Source of the DNA: Eledone cirrhosa
Lineage: Eukaryota
Direction: 5' to 3'
NCBI GenBank assembly: GCA_964016885.1
Contig: OZ024747.1
Location: 56,916,001 to 56,980,000 of the forward strand
DNA length: 64,000 nt
The notes below the pieces were generated by a model. It worked only from the letters and a program-made list of their open reading frames with translations. It did no database searches and was not told the origin of the DNA. The position numbers and the translations under genes were made by a program. Shown one piece after another: positions 55,089 to 64,000 of the stretch (the first letter of the stretch is position 1; each line of letters begins with the position of its first letter).

Positions 55089-55420
55089 CAAAGAGACAAT
55101 CCATGAAGTGGAAACACCCCTCCTCACCTGCTTCAAAAAAGGCCAAGGTCATTTCATCTACAGGGAAGTTGATGGCCTCAATTTTTGGGGATTCAAAAGG
55201 TATTGTGTTTATTGAATATCTTCAAAAGAGCAACACTATCAATGAAGAGTACTATGCCAACTTGCTGAGGCAATTATGAAAGGTTATCAAGACCAATGTC
55301 CAGGAAAACTGATGAAAGGGGTCTCGTTTTATCAGGGCAATGCTCCAACACTTGGTTTCAACAGCAGCTGTACATAATGAGTTGATCACCTCCCTATTCT
55401 CCTGATTTGGTCCCATCTTA
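55085..55420 (+). pseudogene. Mariner transposase fragment
   Basis: TKRQSMKWKHPSSPASKKAK...GKLMASIFGDSKGIVFIEYL...TINEEYYANLL, then YQGNAP and PYSPDLVPS remnants. Confidence 0.9.
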
Positions 55421-55638
55421 TTTTTTTCTCTATGTATCCTTTTTTTTTTTTACTTTTGTTTCTTAATCTAAGGATTATTAGATACCTCTCCTACTCTGCC
55501 ACATAGTGGTTCCTCTGTTGGCCCCTGTCTGCTATATCAGGGTTGATCATACTATTTCCAGTTTCTATCAAATTTCACTCACCAGGCATTACACAACTCA
55601 TGGCTATAGTAAAGAAATCTTTAACTGTATCATACAAT

Positions 55639-55707
55639 AGATTTGGATTTGAAGTTCCATGATTATGAAGCTTCGCTTCATAACCATGGAACTTCAGATC
55701 CAAATCT
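55639..55707. repeat. 33-bp-arm hairpin
   Basis: agatttggatttgaagttccatgattatgaagc-ttc-gcttcataaccatggaacttcagatccaaatct, two mismatches. Confidence 0.9.
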
Positions 55708-56358
55708 TACTTACACAATGATGTCTATGATTTGTCACACACACAAATATGCATGCTCACATATACACACACTCACATGCATGCACACATACACACACAT
55801 ACGCACATGCACACACACACATATATCATCTTAGATCATTGAGTATCTAACAAATTAGAACCGATCTCGAACACTGCTCACCAAATTACTAACATATAAC
55901 AGAAGGTAATCTATCCACTGTACAGTCATACCACCTATCAGCCAGACATCACCATAGAGTTTTAGATTAATGCCATTCCAATTTCAGAGTAATGTGTATT
56001 GGGAATTGGTGTGGGTGTTTGCAGGCCACTCAAAGAGCAGTTAACTTGTCATTGAAACCATAATTTCTAATTCCACTTCAATTAGAATCTTTTCGTAATT
56101 TCATTTCCTGCAATTTTTTTTATTAGATTTTGCTTTTGTTGTGTTTGTTATATTTGTGTTATGTTTGTGTTTTATCAGAATTGAAAGAAACACAACTCCA
56201 TTGGCCCTATTCCTTCATTATTCCCCCCACATCATCAGCAGCTCTGTTCTATCATATCCCTCGCATCCCCTCATGGGAGGCCAATGGTCTATATTACACT
56301 TGTTAGTCATTGTCAAACACTGTTGTCAACTGAAATTTGAGTTGAGACTGTATGAGTG

Positions 56359-56398
<40 letters not shown>

Positions 56399-56477
56399 TA
56401 AAATATATATATATATATATATATATATGCATAAAATATATATATATATATCTACATGTGTGTGTGTGTATATATAT

Positions 56478-56585
56478 AACGAAAGGAGCTGTGTGGTTAC
56501 TAAAAACAAGGTTTAGGATGGTGGTTAGGACGGAACAAGAGGAGAAAGATTCTCCTTTCTTCTTTTCTTTCTTCTCTTGTTCCGT

Positions 56586-56589
<4 letters not shown>
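56478..56589. mobile_element. Short foldback with tail in (TA)n, no ribozyme core
   Basis: taggacggaacaagaggagaaag / ctttcttctcttgttccgtccta (56526-56589), tail 56478-56525. Confidence 0.6.
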
Positions 56590-56637
<48 letters not shown>

Positions 56638-56749
56638 TATATGTGTGTGTGTGTGTGTGTGCATGTGTGTGTATGTATAGACACAAGTTATTGAGAAGAA
56701 CACTTGATGTCAGTTGATGTTTTACAAGAAAGGCATAGAGAGAAAGAGA

Positions 56750-57170
56750 GACAATAAGAGATGGTAAGAGTGGGAGTAATGTGATGGAGATAGAGAGCGT
56801 AAGAGGAGGAGGAGTGTGAGGGAGATAGAGATGGCAAGACAGGGAGTAATGTGAGGTAGTTAGAGAGGGCAAATCGAGAGTGATGTGAGGTAGAAAGAGA
56901 GAGTAATGTAAGGTAGATAGAGAGGGTAAAAGGGGGAGTAGTGTGAGGGAGATAGAGAGAGTAAAAAGGGGAGTAGTGTGAGGGAGATAGAGAGGATAAA
57001 AAGGGGAGTAGTGTGAGGTAGAAAGAGAGGGTAAAAGGGAGAGTAATGTGAGGTAGAGAGGGTAAAAGGAGGAGTAGTGTGAGGGAGATAGAGAGGGTAA
57101 ATCGAGGGTGATGTGAGGTAGAAAGAGAGGGTAAAAGGGGAGTGGTTCGAGGGAGATAGAGTAGGTAAAA
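56750..57170. repeat. Degenerate ~33-35-bp purine-rich minisatellite
   Basis: gagagggtaaaaggggagtagtgtgagggagata variants. Confidence 0.8.
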
Positions 57171-57189
57171 GAGAATCACATGCCATTAT

Positions 57190-57380
57190 TTGTGGATCGG
57201 CAGTATCGGTAGAGGGTCGGACGCCATGCTTTGACGCAAAGAGTTACGGCCCTTTATGGTCTGAGTTCAAATCCTGCCGAGGTTAACTTTGCCTTTCATC
57301 CTTACGGGGTCGATGAAATAAAGTACCAGTAATGCACTGGGATAATTGCTGGCCTTGTGCCAAAAGTAGAAATAATTATT
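57190..57380 (+). mobile_element. tRNA-derived SINE
   Basis: Full copy of the main family. Confidence 0.9.
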
Positions 57381-57510
57381 TAAAACATCAACAAAAATTA
57401 AAATAAACAAAAGTATAAAAAACAACAAGAAATGTTTCCTTTATCAACATTAGCCTCATATATAATCTATTTAAATATTACAGACACAAGCACACATGTA
57501 TATACACACT

Positions 57511-57545
<35 letters not shown>

Positions 57546-57757
57546 CTTCCCATATAAGGAAGTACCCCCTTGAAAAGTTCGGCTATTTATTCACCAGGCT
57601 AAAAATTCTAATTTAGTCCAGAAATAGCCGTCGAAACGGCTTGAGCTCTGCCGTCGGGGTCATACTTTTTCTTATTTCCCACTCTACTACCCTAAGTATT
57701 GAGTACTCTGGTGCGTTATGGTCCATCTGGTTCCTTACCACAATTCCTTTGTTATAC
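57546..57757 (+). mobile_element. Hammerhead-bearing element family D in (TA)n
   Basis: Second partial copy at 9997-10086. Confidence 0.8.
57561..57665 (+). ncRNA. Type I hammerhead fold with variant core (family D)
   Basis: Helix I cccc/gggg; core TTGAAAA 57570-76; helix II cggctattt/aaatagccg; GAAA 57633-36; helix III ACGGC/GCCGT; predicted cut after GUC at 57655. Confidence 0.75.
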
Positions 57758-57771
57758 ATATATATATATAT

Positions 57772-57808
<37 letters not shown>

Positions 57809-59091
57809 ACGTTTAACGTCCGTGTTCCACGCTTGCATGGGTTTGGACGGGGGTAGTCCCACTTGAGGCAAGAGTGATTGTCTTGCTCGCGTAGGACTGT
57901 CTGGCAGGTTTTCTACAGTTGGATGCCCTTCCTAACACCAACCACATTTACAGTGTGGGTCTGGGAGGTTTTTACCGTGTTGCCTACACGGCCACATTAC
58001 AGCGTGGACTGTGTGTTTTTTTGTCTTGACACCTACACGATCTCATTTGTTTCGGCCTGGATGGTGTGGCACCAACACAACTTTACATAGAACTGGGTGG
58101 CGTGGATGGGTTGGGGGTGGTGGGACGGGGGGGGGGGGGTATTTTGTTAGCGATGCCTACTGGCTGTAGTAGGTTTTACTATGTATTTAGGTAAGGCGGG
58201 TCTTCTCTGTTACTGAGTACCGCCAAAGGTCTCGGTCCAGTGACATTGTCTTGGAGAGGTGTAAGTGTGTGAGGTCGGAGTTTATCAGCTCGTCCCAGGT
58301 TTTTCTAGGTCTGCCTATTCCGTGGCTACCGTCTATCTTTATTGCCCTGCACTTTGTTATACAGCTATCGACTTTCATGCGTGTCACGTGTCCATACCAA
58401 CGTAGCCTTCTCTCGAGTAAACAACATCTGATCCCTCTTATCTCTAATTTTTTCCTTAGTTCGTTTATGCTTTGCCGTTCACGTATATTACTGTTACACA
58501 TCCAGCGGAGCATGCAAGCTTCGTTCCTCTCTAGTCTGCGTATATCCTCTGCACACAATGCCCAGGTCTCACTGCCATGCAACATTGCTGTTCGTATGCA
58601 GGCATCGTACAACCTGCCTTTCATTTTTAGGGAGAACCCTTTAGCAGCTAATAGTGGTATAAGCTCTCTGAACTTTTTCCAACCAGTTCTGACTCTAGCT
58701 ACTGTACTTTCAGAGCACCCTCCCCCACTGCTGATTTTATCACCCAGGTAACGGAAACTGTCCACTATTTCTATAGAACCCTCTGCGCAATTGAAAGAGC
58801 TAGTATTTTGTGGGCACTTGCTGCTACTTATTGCACCAGAGCACCGGCCACATGTAAAATCTATGTTCTTAGTTAGCTTACCTGTGATCCCACTACATCT
58901 TTTATGCACCCATACTTTGCATTTAGGACATAAAATGGAGTTTCTACCTACGCCTTTCCTACACACCGAGCACGACCATTTCCCAGAAGGGACCGCCGCC
59001 TTATTTTCTTTCCTACAAACTAGAACTAGAACTTTAGTCTTAGCCAGGTTAATTTTAAGGCCTTTTGATTCTAGGCCGTGCTTCCATGTTT
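57772..59091 (-). mobile_element. Young 5'-truncated RTE LINE; open frame to 58187 with the C4HC3 finger
   Basis: WSCSVC...CPKCKVWVHKRC...CGRC, FRYLG, MLHGSETW, RLRWYGHV; (GAT)n tail. Confidence 0.95.
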
Positions 59092-59093
59092 GG

Positions 59094-59320
59094 ATAGTAA
59101 TAATAATAAATTTGAAGACTAAAATCCAAAGAGGGCTCGATAAGGATAAATATATATCAAATATATAAGAACCGTAAAGCAAATATTTATTAATATAACA
59201 GATTAAAGTTTAAGCACCCTTAATGGGATCTTCTAAAACTAACAAATGTTAGTTTCAGAAGATCCCATTAAGGGTGAAAGCAGCAATTCGTTGCTTAAAC
59301 TTTAATCTGTTATTTTAATT
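59094..59320. mobile_element. Family B foldback element, second copy (tail on left)
   Basis: 59094-59182 is the reverse complement of the 44893-44980 tail; left arm has an internal deletion. Confidence 0.85.
59251..59301 (+). ncRNA. Type I hammerhead-like fold, U4A core (family B)
   Basis: agttt-CAGAAGA-t-CCC-attaa-GGG-t-GAA-AGCAGC-aattc-GTTGCT-T-aaact. Confidence 0.7.
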
Positions 59321-59537
59321 AATACATATATATAAATATGTATATATATATATATATATACCCTGATACTAGACAAGGGAGTAAACAATTAAAACAGGAG
59401 AGTTAAAACAAAGTAAACAAAAAAAATATACTCATACACAAATATATACATACATATAAACATATATGCATGCATATTTACATATGCGCATCCATACATA
59501 TTATTGAGAGAAATCAATGTATATATATATATCAATG

Positions 59538-59573
<36 letters not shown>

Positions 59574-59614
59574 CGATAGTAAACAGATGGAAACTATATT
59601 TATAAAACCATATT

Positions 59615-59680
59615 TATTTCATTATACATATTTCAGGGATACCATATTAAAAATATGGCTTGCCTTCGTCAGATAAAATA
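59615..59680 (-). ncRNA. Type I hammerhead (family E, copy 1, left arm)
   Basis: Reverse complement of 59865-59930 with one helix II change. Confidence 0.78.
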
Positions 59681-59864
59681 CAATATATAAACTGTTTTAT
59701 AAATAATTTTGACGTACCATAAATATAAGCCACCATTAAGGTAGGAAGCTGGCTTGGTAGTGAGGTGTTTATAATTATTTAGTTATAGTGTTAAGCATAG
59801 TTAGAAAGAAAGACAGAGAGAAAGAAGAAATGTATGTAAAGAAAAACAGAGAGAAATAGACATG

Positions 59865-59930
59865 TATTTTATCTGACGAAGGCATGCCATATTTTTAATA
59901 TGGTATCCCTGAAATATGTATAATGAAATA
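59865..59930 (+). ncRNA. Type I hammerhead (family E, copy 1, right arm)
   Basis: tattttat-CTGACGA-AGGcATGCCATATT-ttt-AATATGGTATcCCT-GAA-ATATGTAT-A-atgaaata; predicted cut after 59922. Confidence 0.82.
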
Positions 59931-60058
59931 AATATGGTTTTATAAATATAGTTTCCATTTGTTTACTATCGTATATCTACTCCACAAACTTGTCGAGTGC
60001 TTTATATCGGTTATAAAATATTTACTTGTTGTAACCCAACAATTTTAAATAAAACTTT

Positions 60059-60098
<40 letters not shown>

Positions 60099-60138
60099 CG
60101 ATATTAACAAATGGAAACTATATTTATAAAACCATATT

Positions 60139-60203
60139 TATTTCATTATACATATTTCAAGGACACCAAGTTAAATTAGGGTGTGCTTTCATCAGATAAA
60201 ATA
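60139..60203 (-). ncRNA. Type I hammerhead (family E, copy 2, left arm)
   Basis: Reverse complement of 60408-60472 with one change. Confidence 0.78.
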
Positions 60204-60407
60204 TAATATAGATCAGTTTTATAAATAAATATTGACATAGGTAAAGGTATGTTCTTTAGAGAAGAGATCTTAAAGAATTCCATTTTCCAGTTAGAATATA
60301 AAGCGCTCAACAATACAGGAGCAGAATATATGTAAAAGTTCTATTTAAATTGTTGGGATACAAGAAGTAATATTTTTATAACTTATTTATAAAACTGATC
60401 TATATTA

Positions 60408-60472
60408 TATTTTATCTGATGAAAGCACACCATAATTTAACTTGGTGTCCTTGAAATATGTATAATGAAATA
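60408..60472 (+). ncRNA. Type I hammerhead (family E, copy 2, right arm)
   Basis: tattttat-CTGATGA-AAGcACACCA-taatttaact-TGGTGTcCTT-GAA-ATATGTAT-A-atgaaata; predicted cut after 60464. Confidence 0.82.
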
Positions 60473-60626
60473 AATATGGTTTTATAAATATAGTTTCCAT
60501 TTGTTAACAATTTAAATAGAACTTTTACATATATATATACATATACATATATATATATACATATATATATACATATACATATATATATATATACATACAT
60601 ATATATATACATACATATATATATAC

Positions 60627-60671
<45 letters not shown>

Positions 60672-60775
60672 CATATATATATATACATATATATACATAC
60701 ATACACATACATACATACACATACATACATACACATACATATATATACATATACATACATACATATATATACATA

Positions 60776-60813
<38 letters not shown>

Positions 60814-60974
60814 CATACACATACATATATATACATATATATACATATACATACATATATATACATATACATACATATATATACATATACATACATATAT
60901 ATACATATATATATATACATATATATACATACATATATATACATATATATATATACATATATATACATACATAC

Positions 60975-61007
<33 letters not shown>

Positions 61008-61622
61008 CATCATATATATATATACAGAGAGAGAGTGTGTGTGTGTGTGTGCTGTGAGAGTGTGTGATGTGATGTGTGTGTTTATATTTCTCTAATCCTT
61101 CATTCCTTACTCTCGATCTACTAAACTCTTCCACTACACTACTCCTAGTTTATAGTGGAGCCATTCTGCTATTCCTTAATTCTGTCATTCCTTAATTCTC
61201 AATGATCACTTGAACAGTTACAAAATAACAAACATTAAACAAGAATTCAAATCACCTTAAGCAATTTTACAATTCATTTCAATGATTTATGTCAAGAAAA
61301 GAAAATGGAGGACTTTTTATTTTTAAATTGTATTTTATATATATTTCATATTTTATATTTATATATTTCAGTTCTTTCTTTAGTTTATTTTATATTTTAC
61401 TCATTTATTTTATATTTTCTTTTCTGTCATTTTATTTTTCATTCTATTTCATCTATTATATTATATATTTTATTTTATCTATTATATTATATATTTTATC
61501 ATATATAATTGTTATATAATTATTTGTTATATATTTTCTGTTTTACAAAGCCTTTATTTTTGTTATTGTATATCATATTTTTTCATTATAATTTTTCCTT
61601 TTTATATATATATATACACACA

Positions 61623-62547
61623 CATCATCATCATCATCATCATCAACGTTTAACGTCCGTGTTCCACGCTTGCATGGGTTTGGACGGGGGTAGTCCCACT
61701 TGAGGCAAGAGTGATTGTCTTGCTCGCATAGGACTGTCTGGCAGGTTTTCTACAGTTGGATGCCCTTCCTAACACCAACCACATTTACAGTGTGGGTCTG
61801 GGAGGTTTTTACCGTGTTGCCTACACGGCCACATTACAGCGTGGACTGTGTGTTTTTTTGTCGTGACACCTACACGATCTCATTTGTTTCGGCCTCGATG
61901 GCGCGGCACCAACATAACTTTACATAGAACGGGGTGGTGTGGATCGGGTGGGGGTGGTGGTGGTGGGACGGGGTGTATTTTGTTAGAGATGCCTACTGGC
62001 TGGAGTAGGTTTTACTATATATTTAGGTAAGGCGGGTCTTCTCTGTTACTGAGTACCGCCAAAGGTCTCGGTCCAGTGACATTGTCTTGGAGAGGTGTAA
62101 GTGTGTGATGTCGGAGTTTATCAGCTCATCCCAGGTTTTTCTAGGTCTGCCTATTCCGTGACTACCGTCTATCTTTATTGCCCTGCACTTTGTTATACAG
62201 CTATCGACTTTCATGCGCATCACGTGTCCATACCAACGTAGCCTTCTCTCGAGTAAACAACATCTGATCCCTCTTATCTCTAATTTTTTCCTTAGTTCGT
62301 TTATGCTTTGCCGTTCACGTATATTACTGTTACACATCCAGCGGAGCATGCAAGCTTCGTTCCTCTCTAGTCTGCGTATATCCTCTGCACACAATGCCCA
62401 GGTCTCACTGCCATGCAGCATTGCTGTTCGTATGCAGGCATCGTACAACCTGCCTTTCATTTTTAGTGAGAACCCTTTAGCAGCTAATAGTGGTATAAGC
62501 TCTCTGAACTTTTTCCAACCAGTTCTGACTCTAGCTACAGTACTTTC

Positions 62548-62549
<2 letters not shown>
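61623..62549 (-). mobile_element. 5'-truncated RTE LINE, near-identical to 57772-58713
   Basis: ORF 62023-62460 differs from the 58-kb copy at about two residues. Confidence 0.95.
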
Positions 62550-62591
<42 letters not shown>

Positions 62592-62729
62592 TATTTTTTT
62601 ATATTATTATTCATTACATTTTTATTATATTGCATCATTCAGAATATTTTATTATATAATATATAAAAATATATTGTCTAACCCATTCTAGCGTGGAAGA
62701 TAGGCGTTAAACGATGATGGTGATGATAA

Positions 62730-62850
62730 GTTACAGCCCTTTACGTTATGAGTTCAAATCCTGCTGAGGTTAGCTTTGTCTTTCACCCTTACAGGGTCAA
62801 TAAAATAAAGTACCAGTAATGCACTGGAGTCAGTTTAATCGACTTGCTAT
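62730..62850 (+). mobile_element. SINE fragment
   Basis: gagttcaaatcc...ctttcaccctt...aaagtaccagtaatgcactgg. Confidence 0.85.
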
Positions 62851-63138
62851 TTTTTTCTCTTTCTAGTTTTACTTTAAACAAATATTTTAATTTTTTTATT
62901 TTTCATTCTGTTTGCGATTTTCTTTTTGTGTTTTTCCTGATGAAATGTAAATGCTTGATATGTTGACTATGTATCTCACTCCTCTTCCTCCAAGCATGAA
63001 ACTAATACAACTTTGTTATTGCATCCTCTTGTTTGTTTGTTTTTGTCTCTTTGATTTATATATATATATTATTCTATGTATCATACATGAACCTTTGATG
63101 AGTTGTAGTGCAACTGAGCACTGTACACAATAATTTTC

Positions 63139-63170
<32 letters not shown>

Positions 63171-63686
63171 GTTGTCTTTATTTAAGTGTTTATTTTGTGA
63201 GTGTTGCATTATATGTATCCCACTGTGATAGGGGATTGCATGATGGAGTATTGTTATACAAATAATGTTAAGACAGGTTTGTGCAATTACATAATCATAT
63301 TTTTTATGTTATACACATTTCCACAAACCCACCATGCTGTAGTTATTTAATTGTAACATTCTGCTGGCATGGCTTCATTGCTTGGCAAGCACATACCACA
63401 ATGGCTGTGAGTCTCTTGTTGAACCATATCAACATCTTTATACTTTCCTTGTAAAACCTCTGCATAAATGGGGAATAATATCTGATGTAAGAACCTTTGT
63501 TAAGTTATGCTCCAAACATCAGCTTAGTAAGAAGAAATTTAGTTATATTATTAAATCCTTCCAAATTCTTGAGGCATTCCCTTTCATTAGATATATGTAG
63601 CGAAAGTGTTAAAATGAGTTTACATAATAAATACAAATTAAAGCAACTCTCGTACACAGGAGTGAGAAACTGCCACCAATGATATA

Positions 63687-63875
63687 TAATTGTTTCTACT
63701 TTAGGCACAAGGCCAGCAATTACCCAGTACATTACTGGTACTTTATTTTATCGACCCCGTAAGGATGAAAGGCAAAGTTAACCTCAGCGGGATTTGAACT
63801 CAAACCGTAAAGGGACGTAACTATGCTAGAAAGCATGGCGTCCAACCCACTACCGATACTGCCAATTCACCGCCC
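63687..63875 (-). mobile_element. tRNA-derived SINE
   Basis: Reverse complement of the main family. Confidence 0.9.
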
Positions 63876-64000
63876 TCTGATATATAATAGCATCTCTACA
63901 TACTCATGACTACATCCTATTCCCATCCTTTTCTTGGAACTAGGTCATCAAAATTTCTGTAATTTTATCCATCCTTAGCTAAGCCATAAAGCCCCTTACA

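Larger units (their letters stand above)
59569..60064. mobile_element. Foldback element family E, copy 1 (arms 59569-59682 / 59863-59976, tail to 60064)
   Basis: ~114-bp near-perfect inverted repeat with ~180-bp spacer, in (TA)n. Confidence 0.9.
60097..60530. mobile_element. Foldback element family E, copy 2 (arms ~60104-60228 / 60383-60507)
   Basis: Inverted repeat; spacer holds an inverted tail (60331-60382); tail remnant 60505-60530. Confidence 0.9.

Noticed and set aside
59092-59182. N-terminus of the 331-aa minus-strand ORF
   Set aside because: Read-through from the tail of the adjacent foldback element, not LINE coding sequence

Overview
Eukaryotic, gene-poor, repeat-saturated DNA. 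The repeat types (RTE LINEs ending in (GAT)n, tRNA-derived SINEs, huge TA/GAT/GGT tracts) look like a cephalopod (Octopus-like) genome; this is an inference. No intact host gene is visible. Almost all long ORFs are translations of simple repeats. The only real coding sequence is transposon debris: several RTE copies (one with a PHD-type C4HC3 finger inside the RT), plus CRE, BovB-like, Tx1-like and mariner fragments. The main result is a set of at least 5-6 mutually unrelated short non-coding elements inserted in (TA)n tracts. Most share one layout, a long inverted repeat plus a one-sided tail, and carry type I hammerhead ribozyme folds. Several of these folds can be paired base by base. One family shows compensatory changes in helix II and a self-complementary helix III (dimer type). 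Others have non-standard cores (U4A, a possible U3-A8 swap, U10.1-U11.1). They are best read as non-autonomous Penelope-like pseudo-LTR / retrozyme-like elements. All folds and alignments were done by eye.
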